A stretch of 62,920 nt of DNA, filler included, from Octopus bimaculoides (lineage: Eukaryota): the NCBI RefSeq assembly GCF_001194135.2. It is 4 parts of 3 records of this genome, joined end to end, with 100 filler letters (N's around TTAATTAATTAA, not from the genome) between each part and the next. Parts side by side here need not be neighbours in the genome. Positions count along the whole stretch, not along the records: positions 44,409 to 58,097 come from NC_068999.1; positions 58,198 to 62,920 come from NC_069004.1; 2 more parts are not named here. One strand, given 5' to 3'. Every line of letters starts with the position of its first letter. Within the stretch, counting starts at the first letter, position 1. A program made the position numbers and the translations under genes. Positions 51,754-62,920 of this stretch are shown here, in pieces. The notes under the pieces were generated by a model. The model saw only the letters and a list, made by a program, of their open reading frames with translations, ran no database searches and was not told where the DNA came from.

Positions 51754-51900
51754 TCTATAATAATAAAAGCGAAATTCTGTCTGTCTGTCTGAGAGCCCTG
51801 TATCTCAGTCTACATTTGCTCTATATGGACATATACCTTACTGGCCAACAGTTGAAATTCAACTTGGGAATGGAACGCTAGAATGATTGCAATACAGAAT
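51754..51900 (+). mobile_element. Helitron-like 5' end (Lep1/DINE-type CTGT microsatellite)
   Basis: A|TCTATAATAATAAAAGCGAAATTCTGTCTGTCTGTC; the right boundary is uncertain. Confidence 0.5.
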
Positions 51901-52489
51901 TAATTCTCATCCGTCCTTAACCTCTGATCAAACATCACCAGGGCATAAAGTCATTACAGACATATTATAATTATGCTATTTAGCTCTCTTTAGTTTTTGC
52001 TGCAGGCCCAATTAGCCCGCATAAAAGTCCGCATGGAGTGTGGCTTTTAAGCAAGTTGTAAATAAAGTTAAAATACATTGTTTTAGGTGATATCATTCAG
52101 TGGCATGTAGCTTTTTTGAGGATTAATTACACATATTTTATAGAGTACAAAACAGAAAATGATAAATATTATAAGAAAACTGAATAATAATAAGTAGAAC
52201 TTGCAATACCTTCAGAAATACACAAACTATAACAGTAAATTTCTCTCTGAACATTCATTTAAAATTATAACTTAAAAATTTAAGTTGCTTGGGGAAAGTC
52301 ATGGACAAAATTTTGTATAGTTCAGCAGAAAGAAAAATGAGGAGGACCATCTGAAACTATTGAAAAAGCAAGACAGCTTATGAAAATGTTGAAGGTTTTT
52401 TTTTACCATGTATCTTTGAATAAAAATGAAAATTAGGCGGGGATATATTCAGTAAAAGTGGGGAATGTCGAGACCAAAGGTTTACTATC

Positions 52490-52720
52490 CATATGGAATT
52501 GTTTGGCATTTGATAAGATATTTGGTGGCAAGTCTACAATGGTTCAAGAGCTCTGTTTTATGGTTTAGAACATGCCTATCCTGCAATAGAATATAGAACT
52601 TTTCACTCAAGCATAGATGGAATCTCATTGAGGCTCTAAAAGACCCATGCCTGTATGAGGCAGCCTTTTCTAAAACAGACCAGTAGATTTTAAACAATTT
52701 AAGACCTGCCAAATGTGTTT
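52490..52720 (-). pseudogene. Second Penelope-like element, GIY-YIG C-terminus
   Basis: WSVLEKAASYRHGS...HLCLSEKFYILL....LNHKTELLNHCRLATKYL, similar to the C.LCL.EK..I...LN.R.E...CRH end of PLE ORFs. Confidence 0.7.
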
Positions 52721-52849
52721 GGTCTGTATATATATATACTAGCTGACATACTTGGTTATTCCCGAAAAAGCAGGGCTTATCCCTTGGTTCTGTTCTCATA
52801 ATTGTTTTGCTAATCCAATAACAACAATACAAAGTATGTAGCCCTTAAA

Positions 52850-53608
52850 ACGGTTTTTGTGCATTTACAGAGAATACCAAACTGTCTTAAACAGGATCTT
52901 CTTTTTAGGAATTCCCAATAAGTTATGAATACCAAAATTGTGAAGTCAGTTATGTAATAATATAAAATTAGTTAGCTGATAGTAAGAATTCAAATAAAGT
53001 ATAAAGTAGCCCCGAAAAGGGCTTTAATGCGTTCCCAGAGTATATAGAACATAGGGGGAAATACTAATAAGGCATGTAAACTAAAATTGTGAAGCATGTT
53101 ACGTAATAACAGGCTAATCAGATATGAGATAATAATTCAAAGTAAATAACTCTGGAAAGGACTTGTGTGCGTTCCCAGAGAATATTACCCTCAGGGGCAC
53201 TAGTGTTGGTATATTCGTGAATAAATCACTAACTGAATTAAGTGGATCTATTGTTTAGGACAATACTATTTACTTGTCTAAGGGTTGTACTGGATAAATT
53301 GCGAAAATAACTCTAATAGTTCAAATACTAAGAAATAAGCATACTCAATTTGATTTATACCAAATAATTTAGGAAAATGAATGGGTTATTTCCCTTGGCT
53401 TTTAAAATAAAATATATTCGATATATATAAAGATCCCTTCCAGGGGCCCTGTTATTGATGTTTTTTCAACTATCTGAGTATGCCATGAGGTTTCCAGACA
53501 TGAGTTCTACTCACGTGTCAAGTTTCATCAAAATCGATAAAACAATGTAGGAGGAGTTAGCTAACAACTCCACAAACACACCCACAGACAGAATTTCCCA
53601 CATATGTA

Positions 53609-53615
<7 letters not shown>
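52850..53615 (-). mobile_element. Helitron-like non-autonomous element (5' end) with internal ~140-bp diverged tandem repeat
   Basis: The minus strand starts TATACTACATATGTGGGAAATTCTGTCTGT...ATCGATTTTGATGAAACTTGAC. The repeat units share AAAATTGTGAAG and GCGTTCCCAGAG. Confidence 0.5.
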
Positions 53616-53652
<37 letters not shown>

Positions 53653-53859
53653 CATGATTGCTTCAACTTGAGAGATAATAGTTGTCTCATCAACACACAC
53701 ACACACCACATCCCATTACACAGTACAAACACTCTGTTGATGACTTTTAAGACCAGCTGCTGACTGACAGGGTTTAAAACACAAGTGACAGATATTATTC
53801 AAGTTTCTTCTACATTTTTGCCCTTTGGAATCTGATTCTGAAGGAATGCATCTGTGAAC

Positions 53860-54235
53860 TACCATTCTTTTAAAGTCCAGATATTGTCATACAAGTTTTT
53901 TGACACAACACAAGTCATACGAGGTGGTCGGTGTCCAAGACCATTACGTATCTGGGTATTACGATTTTTATGTGACTTCGTATGGTTCACATATCCTGCT
54001 TTTGACAACAGAATACAGTAACATATAATACGTGTCCAATGTGCACAGTTGATTACAGTTCCAATTGTTCCTTTGCGACTGGCCCTTTAAGTTCAGAGTG
54101 CTGAATCATCTTTTCCTCCCAGGCATTGCAACCAGCCCTAACAGCACCTCTCCACTTGTTCCGATCTAGAGCATCATTTTCCCAATCACTTTTATTCATA
54201 TCTAGTTTCTTCAAGTTTTCATTCTTTATACCATT
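53860..54235 (-). pseudogene. RTE-BovB-like LINE 3' fragment with C-terminal C2H2-like remnant
   Basis: ENLKKLDMNKSDWENDALDRNKWRGAVRAGCNAWEEK...LLSKAGYVNHTKSH. Confidence 0.8.
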
Positions 54236-54243
54236 TTGGACTC

Positions 54244-54339
<96 letters not shown>

Positions 54340-55747
54340 TATTTAAAAAAAACCTTTTCTTCGTAAAGAAGTTTTCTTTTGTAGGGATATGTCATCTAAA
54401 TGGGCACCGGTTTTGTGCTATTATCAATTGATGATTCTGGATACTATTTGCATGTTTATGTACTAATGTTCTTGGTTGGTTTGTTTTACTATTTTAGTAC
54501 TTTTCACCTGGGAAAGTCCAGTTGTCTCTATGAAGATTTCATTCTTTCGATATAGGAGAAATAATAGCTTAAAGAAAATAGAGAATATATATAGAATAAT
54601 CATTTTTTAATCATAGTGCAAGCAATTAATAAGTTCCTACATTTTTTCACCTATATTATGTTTCGGCCAATTATTATTGTCCATATTTGCACCTTTAGAG
54701 TGCATTATGATGTTATAAAACAAAGGCCTCTTTAGCTATTTTTTCACTTCTCTCGAATGGAGAATTTACTCCAACTGAATGGTGAGCCTTTAATTCTTTT
54801 GTTTAACTGTGTGTTAGATGTTGTTCTAAAAATAGCTAAAAATGGATTTTTAACTTTACTGGTCAAGGAAAGGATCTGCTGCCTAGAAACTAGGTCATAT
54901 TGCTATTCCATGCTTATTGGTTTATTTGATAAATGCTTTAATAGTTGTTTTCACCAGGGTGGTCAAGGTCTTCAATTTTGCCACTATCAGTCCCATCCTA
55001 TTCAACATGTTGATCCCCTACTGTGTCCCTATGCATCCTTATTATTCATATCTTTTATTAATATATTAATTTTGGTATGTGCCTATATTGGTCTTATGTT
55101 GTTGTTTTATATATCTACACAGTTATTTTATTATTTATTCACATAATTGTTACTAGTATATTATTTTAATTATTAATGTTAGCAGATAGGTTGGGCTCAA
55201 ATCGTATGTATGTATATCTAATTGATAGTACAGATACCTGATTTATAGGTATTATATTTTCTCAGTAATGTCTGTTTAATATTTTATCATATTATCCTTA
55301 ATTTATTATTTCGGTTATATCCCCAACACAGGTTTAATTAATCTCGTTATTCTTTAGTTTATTGTGCTCATTATATATATATTTATTTATATGGACAGGA
55401 TTCAGGATCCCTACTTGCATGCTGCTGATTCATTTAGGCTACGATGTGACAGCCTAGTATTACCTTAAGATAATTCTTTTTTTTGTCATATATTGTGTTG
55501 CCACTCAATATATTCTATTACTCCTATTTGTACTGTTTTACCCCTCTGCCTTTAAGTTTTTCTTGTATAAGTATTATTGATTATAATATTGATATATTTT
55601 TATAGAAATTATTATTAATCTGGTTATATATCTCACTGTTGCTGTATTATATTTAATTATATTTTGGAATACTTGGAATACAGCAACAATGAGATATATA
55701 ACCAGATTAATAATTTCTATAAAAATATATAAATTAATATTAATATA

Positions 55748-55975
55748 TCTTAATATATATAATCCGTTCTGTCTGTCTGTTTGTGAGCTTATAACTGGAG
55801 TACTGTTCACCCGATTGCACTGAAATTTTAAACATGGATACATGACAGAGCTGGATGTTCCGTAATCTAAAAACATTTTCAAAATAGTTAGTTTCAAGGT
55901 GAGAATTGCTATTTTTGTAATCTTTTTTGTCCTGTTTGTTCCGCCATTAAAATCAATCAGTTGCTAAGACAACCA
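55748..55975 (+). mobile_element. Helitron-like 5' end (CTGT microsatellite type)
   Basis: A|TCTTAATATATATAATCCGTTCTGTCTGTCTG...CCGATTGCACTGAAATTT. Confidence 0.45.
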
Positions 55976-56604
55976 GCACACACACACGCACACACAAACA
56001 TGTACGTCCATTTCATATAGATGTATATACATCTTTCACTTTCTTTCTCTGTCCTTTTCGCTTATCTTCAATCAACTATTGTAAAAATTTTATACTATTA
56101 TGGCACATTTTCTATAGGTGTGTGTATCTTCACTCTCTCCATCTCTCTTTCTCACCCTTTTTCTCTCTCACATACACACGTGCAAGCACGCACGCGTGCA
56201 CACACACACATCCATTTCATATACATCTTTCACTTTCTTTCTCTGTTCTTCTTGCTTTCTCTTCTTTTGAAAGTTTCAAAGACATCTGTCCTAAGGTTAA
56301 TTATGATGTCCAATTCCACTGGAAGTTATATATATTGTGGGCTGAACAGCTTTCCTTCATTTTATTGGCTTCATGACAATTTTGAAAAGGTTTACTGTGT
56401 TAAGATTCACTATCAACCAATTTTCCTTATTTAAAAGAAACAGTTAACAGTTTTAGCGTCTCAGGAATCTTTAATGCCTTAACCAAAAGTAGCAACCTCA
56501 TACACAAACCAAACATCTCCACAACTTAACACAGTCCAAGTTAACTCTCTTCACCCCTATACAAACAGTCCAATGGACGGGGTGTCATTTGCTANNNNNN
56601 NNNN

Positions 56605-56639
<35 letters not shown>

Positions 56640-56643
<4 letters not shown>

Positions 56644-57010
56644 ACGGAAATTCTAAATTCTAGATGTGGGTCCTGAATGAAGAAGACATGCAAAGGCTAG
56701 AGAGGAATGAGGCTAGTGTATATGTTCAACAGAGTGCTAGTGTACTGAGAGAAAAGTTAGGCATAAGACGAATTAGTTGCTGTGTGCAAGAGAGAAAACT
56801 GTGCTGGTTTGGTCATGTGATGCGGATGGATGCTGACAGCTCCATAAAGAAGAGCTGATCTGTCAAAGTAGATGGAACATGTGAAAGCAGGAGACTCAGG
56901 AAGACATGGGACGAATTACTGAAGGACAACCTCAGAATGTTGAACCTTCCAGACGAGATGACAAAGGACCGAGATACCTGGTGCCTTGCTGTACTCAAGA
57001 AGACCTGTAT
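56640..57010 (+). pseudogene. RTE-clade LINE 3' fragment
   Basis: QRLERNEAS...VLREKLGIRRISCCVQERKLCWFGHVMRMD, RKTWDELLK, DRDTW. Confidence 0.85.
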
Positions 57011-57089
57011 TCCACAGCAGAAGTCTTAACGCCACTCCCTCTGGTGAAGAGGATTGGCCTGTAAGTGTCCTGTGCCAATGCCACATGAA

Positions 57090-57815
57090 AAGCACTTCTG
57101 ATGGGTGACTTCAAATTCCCTGACATCACATGGCCTGAAAGCAACATAATCTCAAGAATGACATGCAAAGAGCGCAATCAAGCAGAATCTCTATTTGACC
57201 TCACAAAAATCCTGTTCATGGAGCAAACAATACACTCCCCAACCAGGAATAACATATTAGACCTCTGTTTCACTAACAATGTAGGTCTTATTCACAACAT
57301 GAAGATATCACTAACAATCTTCTCAGACCACAACATGATGGAACTGACGATGTATGGTCCAAAACCTATTAATGATGTATTCCACACAGATGGCACCCAA
57401 ATTCTATCCAGTCTGAACTTCTACAAGGCTAATTGGAAGTCAATTGAAAAATGGATTATCCAGCAAAATTGGACTAAAAGTCTCTATACAAGGCAGTCAA
57501 TAACGTGAGCCATATGCATCAAATTAGTCCCAGAGAAGAGAGCAACCACCTACAAAAACCATCACTCCCTGAGACAGGAGAGTCTTTATGAGACAGAGAA
57601 TAAAGATCTCCACCTAACAACAGCAAAAAATCCCTCCTCAAAGAGGTGATTCTAGAGACCAAAAATAAAGTCAAACTCTCATGAAAAGGAAAGGGTAAAG
57701 CCTTCTACAAACTTGCGAAAGAATCTGCCTTGGTGCACTACAAGATAGGGTCACTGTTTGAAGAAGATTGCTCGCTAACTGCAGACTTCAAGAGGACAAG
57801 TGAGCTGCTAGAAGT
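57090..57815 (+). pseudogene. CR1/L2-type LINE ORF2 fragment (APE endonuclease C-terminus + linker)
   Basis: GDFKFPDITW, PTRNNILDLCFTN, FSDHNM, LNFYKANW, KAFYK...YKIGSL. Confidence 0.85.
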
Positions 57816-57868
57816 TAAAAGAAGTGAAGCTCTACTCCCTGAAGAGAAAGCAAGAAAGATTATGAATA

Positions 57869-57910
<42 letters not shown>

Positions 57911-58141
57911 TAGTTTTAGGGAAAATAACCAATTATCAAGAACTCATCGATGAAAATCCACTATCACATATAGAAAAGTTAATAATTAAAAGCACAATAA
58001 ATGAGTATAATATAAAGTAAAGTAAATATCATAAGATAAATATAATAAAAAGATTACACGTGTTTCATAACCAATTTTCAAATAGAAAAGAAATTTANNN
58101 NNNNNNNNNNNNNNNNNNNNNNNNNNNNNNNNNNNNNNNNN

Positions 58142-58153
58142 TTAATTAATTAA
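58142..58153. other. Artificial scaffold-join linker TTAATTAATTAA
   Basis: Between N runs. Confidence 0.9.
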
Positions 58154-58322
58154 NNNNNNNNNNNNNNNNNNNNNNNNNNNNNNNNNNNNNNNNNNNNTAT
58201 ATAGTTTTACATACATATACATACAAACACACAATGGTTTCAATGTAAACGACTTACTCCCTCCCAAGAACCTGTTGAACTTGCGGCAAAATTTGAAACC
58301 GTTATTATTATCATCATCATCA

Positions 58323-58374
<52 letters not shown>

Positions 58375-58375
<1 letters not shown>

Positions 58376-58890
58376 GAGTAAAAGAGCAATGCATGCCATA
58401 AATGTGACACTGGGGTACAAATATACAAACCCCAGCATACCCATCACGAATATCCGTCCGATAAGGGAACACCAGGCACATGATTCACAGCCATATGTGT
58501 GCAACATGGTGATCGCATATCAAGATAAACAGCACATTACCTTGCAGGTGGGATCCAATTAGAATTTTCTTCAGGTTTAGTAACCTACGCCCACAAAAGA
58601 TCCCTGAATGAGGTTTGTTTAAGAATGATGAATGAAACACCTATGTTTCCAGAGGTGAATTATTCAAACCCCAAAGAATTCCTCTCAGTACATGGCTATG
58701 GTGCTACCCCTCTACTTCTGCTCGTGATCAGAGACGCATATATCGTCAGCCACTAAGGGACATGCTCAACTGGTTAAGGTCAAACGACTGACAAGCAGAT
58801 CTGTGGTAGCGCATCTTTTCCTACAAAGAGAAAACATGTACATGATAGCACTTCCAATCAGTTACGATCAAAAGCCATGAGAGCCACTGC
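58375..58890 (-). mobile_element. SINE family D
   Basis: Inverted match to 45110-45570; an (ATT)n tail lies on the left. Confidence 0.75.
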
Positions 58891-58891
58891 C

Positions 58892-58892
<1 letters not shown>

Positions 58893-58980
<88 letters not shown>

Positions 58981-58993
58981 TTATTATTATTAT
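58893..58993. repeat. (ATT)n microsatellite
   Basis: Direct inspection. Confidence 0.95.
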
Positions 58994-59429
58994 CACGGCA
59001 GGAAATAAGAAAATTATCGACGGAAATTTCCCAACTAAAAAGCGGACATCGAAAAATCAGTAGCTAAGAGACCTATACTTAATAATGTAATCTAATCAAT
59101 AGACAAGACACATATATGCATATGCAGGCACGCCAACGCCGCATACAAACATAGGACATGTATATGAGTGGGTCGCAGTATTCATGTTCGTCCTATATAT
59201 ATATCCGACGTGTGCATATGTTTCTTTGTTAGTGTGTGTGGTGTGTATTTGTGAGTATAAATGTGTTTAAGTGGAGGTGTAACCGTGTGTGTATATGTGA
59301 GTGTATATAGGCATTGTGATCGCCTATGTATGTATGTATTTGGAGGTGTGGTCTTGTGCGTTTGTGGTATCAAATGTAAGTTTATTTTAAATAGTTTCAT
59401 ATTCTAATGACGGCAATATTTGAGAAGTG

Positions 59430-60020
59430 GTCTCTTATGACATACATACACACATACGGATAAACACACGTAGACACACGTAGTCACACGCATATGCACA
59501 CACACACACATGCATTCACATTCACGCATACACGCACATGCACACATACACCCTGACAGAGTCACACTTAAACACACACTCACGCATATACACACAGATA
59601 GACACTCATAAACATACATACACACACTCACACATACGCATACACATACACAGATTCTCACGCACGTATGCATACACATATACACACATTCACACACAGA
59701 CAATTATAGACTCACGAATACACATACACACACACACAGAAGCACATAAACATACATACATGCTACCACACAAGCGCACACACATACAGTTCCAGCTACA
59801 CACAAATACAGACATTCAAGCACTCACACACATACACACATAAACACACAGACTTAAACACATACATATGCACACGTATACACGCACGCAAACACACACA
59901 CACAGCATCCTCACGGCCAACCTCAAAGGTAACAGCACGAACATACACACATACACATGCACATACACACATACACATACACATACATATATGCACACAT
60001 ACACAAACACACACACAGCA
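59430..60020. repeat. Degenerate (CA)n/(CATA)n tract
   Basis: Direct inspection. Confidence 0.9.
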
Positions 60021-60139
60021 TCATCATCACCGCCATCCTCAAAGGGAACAGCATGAACAACAAAAGCTACAACAACAGCAAAAGCGTCGACAACAACAAC
60101 GACAAGAACAAGGTTCTTAACTGTTGGTAACAGCCAACC

Positions 60140-60325
60140 AATATAGGCGGGTCTCTGTCAGTCACGTGCAAACTGCGGCCTGCGAGACTTTAAGAATGGC
60201 AAGCCTAACTTCAAGGGGAAAATATAGTTTATTAAAATTACCTTAAACCCTTTTATTAGTGCGGCCCGCTTAATGAGGAATCATGTCTCATGCGGCCCAC
60301 TTCTTGAAAGAAGGTTGCCTATATT
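60140..60325. mobile_element. Possible hAT-type MITE
   Basis: AATATAGGC / GCCTATATT ends, subterminal AGGTTGCC and three GCGGCC motifs. Confidence 0.3.
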
Positions 60326-61386
60326 TACTCTATGTTGTTGTTTGACCTGTTAGAAACAACAGTCAGATCTCCCTTGTAACCCATGATTCTGTCGTAGACA
60401 ATGAAGGCAAGTACATTGGAAAATTTGGTTTTGAGGAATGGTGTGCCTAGGAAATAAGACGAAATGGTCACTGTTGGAATATTCTTATCATTGGTTGCTC
60501 AACCAAGTCTGACCGAGGGTTAAAAGACAACAACGTCACCCTTTGGTTTATAGCAATGATGATCATATATTAACAGGAGCTAAAGAACAACAACAACCAC
60601 AACTCATTGATTATTGGTCTGCCCAATTAAGTCTTACCTGGTGTTAAACAACAACTACAACGCCTCTTTGATTTATAAATGTGCATGCCAGATAATTATC
60701 TGGGTTAGACAGCAGCAGTAGCCATAACTACAGCAACTAGTTCCTTTTGGTCGTTGGTCAAGCTTAATCAGAATTGATCCGGGTGTTAAACAGAAACAAC
60801 CACTCCCTTGAACGTGGTCCTATTCTGGTAGGGCGGACCAAAGGTTACATAACCAACTCTACTCTGTCGTTGGCGTGTTTATTCTCGGCCAGCCCTGTAA
60901 TTAGTAGAAAAGCCATGTTAAAGTGCAACAATGTGGATATCATCCTCAGTCATCGCTGAATATTCTGATGGAATACAAGCGATGTGAAATATATTATTCA
61001 AAATGAAAATATTTGTATTTGAATTTGTTAAAAACACGTTTATGTGTTATTGTATGTCATCATTAATATATGGTGTAATATATAGCAACGCATAAAAAGT
61101 GGTCAGCACCCCATTTATTTTGTTTAAGACGTAGTGTGTCCACGAGCAGTGCCGATTAAGGAAGGTGTAAATCATGAGACTGCCAACAGGGACTTATCAC
61201 TATATGTATACATACATGCATACACACATACATACATACATACGTACATACGTACATACATACATACATACATACATACATACGTACATGCATACATACA
61301 ACTGTTCCTGTCTATGCGTGTGAATGTGTGCTGTCTTTCTTGTTATTGTTTTTAATTTATTTCTGATTTGCCTATATGTACGTTTG

Positions 61387-61456
<70 letters not shown>

Positions 61457-61588
61457 TACATATAAATATAAACATTCATACAAGCATATACATACATACA
61501 CGCACATATACATAAGTATATGTATGTATGCATACACTTACTTTTATATAAATAAATATTAGTATACAAATATATATATATTTATATA

Positions 61589-62433
61589 CGAGGTCTGAGC
61601 AATAAATATCCGAACTACTGCCATAGTAACGAAGCTAAAGCATGCAAAGTGAAGCCGCTTGGCACAGACCTAACTCATTTCCGCTGTTTACAACAATGCT
61701 TCGAAGGAAGGTGTGTAGCGTGTGATCTTCTCATTGACTATGACAAAGAAATTTGCCATGGCGATACCTGCTCAGACGCCTACGCAAAGTTGCAGAAAGT
61801 GTGTGGAGAGGAATGTATGAGTCGCACACAAGTGTACGAGTGGTTCAGACGTTTCTAAGATGGTCGAAAAAATGTCGACATTAACAAACGTTCTGGGAGA
61901 TCCGCAAACATCAGAACTAAGAAAAACATCGCAGATGTGCGTGCAGCTGTGAGGGGAAATCGTCGAATCACCATCCGTGAGTTACCAAAGGACGTGCAGT
62001 TTAATTACAGTTCAGTTAACTCATTCAGTACCATAGATTTCGGGAAACGCGTTTCTGCCAAGTTTGTGCCCAAACTGCTTTCAGCTGACCAAAAATATAC
62101 TCGGGTTTCAATTGCACAAGACCTCCTTGATTGTACCGAGAATGATGAAAACTTTATGAAACTCTGCGTAGGCCTCTGTGCAGGAATCGCCAACCTTTTG
62201 GCAAAATTTGATCTAGATTCTCTGCTCAACTTTCTGTCATGGTCAATGCGACGATCACACCAACACACCTTCGTTCCATGCACTGTTGTAAACAGCGGAA
62301 GTGAGCTAGAACATTAAAACTTAGTGCGCATTCACAGCTGAGTTCAAGGTCAAGCAGTGTCAAGCGGTTTCACTCTGCGTGCTTTAGCTTCGGTACTATA
62401 GCAACAGTCTGGACACTTATTGATCAGATCACG
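61589..62433 (+). mobile_element. Mariner derivative: transposase N-terminus flanked by ~200-270-bp inverted left ends
   Basis: TA|CGAGGTCTGAGCAATAA TIR, mirrored at 62433. Decayed EECMSRTQVYEWFRRF*DGR, RSGR, NRRITIREL and SAKFVPKLL motifs; the DDD domain is absent. Confidence 0.9.
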
Positions 62434-62769
62434 CACACATATGCATTATCACACCACAGAGACAGACATGTATATGTATTGCTGTCATAAGAGTTTAGAA
62501 AGATCGAGGGAACGTGAAATATTTTATCTGGGAAAGAGTGCAGTTTGAAACAACAGCAGACAATTATGTGAACTAATGTGTACAAATATTGAGTTTTTAG
62601 CTTCTGTCTGCTTTGAGTTTCATCATTCTCAAAAAGAATTGTGTGCGTGTGTGATTGTTTGTACTTGGTGTAGAAAGGAGAGAACGGGTATTATTTTTCT
62701 ATAGACAGAGTGCGGTGAATATATTGTCGTCTAAATTACGCAAAAATGAAAATAGCACTGACATCTCAT

Positions 62770-62920
62770 TTTAACAAGAAGAAAGAGTGAGAGAGAGTTG
62801 GGGTAAAAGACTACAACAGGGGTCGCCACCACCACCTGTCGGAATCTCGTGGTTCTTTAGGCGTTTTCGCTCAATAAACACACACAACGCTCTGTCTGGG
62901 AATCGAAACCGTGATCCTTC
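62770..62920 (-). mobile_element. SINE family E, partial
   Basis: Reverse complement resembles 1186-1330. Confidence 0.65.

Noticed and set aside
54840-54900. GAAAC-TAG-GTC hammerhead-like half motif
   Set aside because: Loop not palindromic, no convincing CTGANGA or stem I. Similarly weak matches at ~18242-18290 and ~52358-52395 were also dropped.

Overview
AT-rich, microsatellite-saturated animal DNA with many N gaps. Its SINE families and repeat landscape look like an octopus/coleoid cephalopod genome (inference). Three artificial TTAATTAATTAA linkers show that separate scaffolds were concatenated. No intact protein-coding gene is recognisable; only a few low-confidence candidate exons are seen. 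Recognisable content is decayed mobile DNA: several SINE families; fragments of R4/Dong-type (restriction-like endonuclease), RTE, L1/Tx1 and CR1-type LINEs; two Penelope-like GIY-YIG ends; a Helitron Rep/Hel fragment and Helitron ends (one carrying degenerate CCCTAA repeats); and two mariner derivatives. The most notable pattern is four unrelated fold-back (palindromic) elements at 400-558, 27494-28103, 32412-32525 and 41350-41996. Each is built from head-to-head copies of a minimal type I hammerhead-ribozyme-like motif. Three carry GAAAC-palindromic tetraloop-GUN; the fourth is heavily decayed. A near-canonical stand-alone hammerhead lies at 9247-9291. Coordinates of decayed repeats are approximate.
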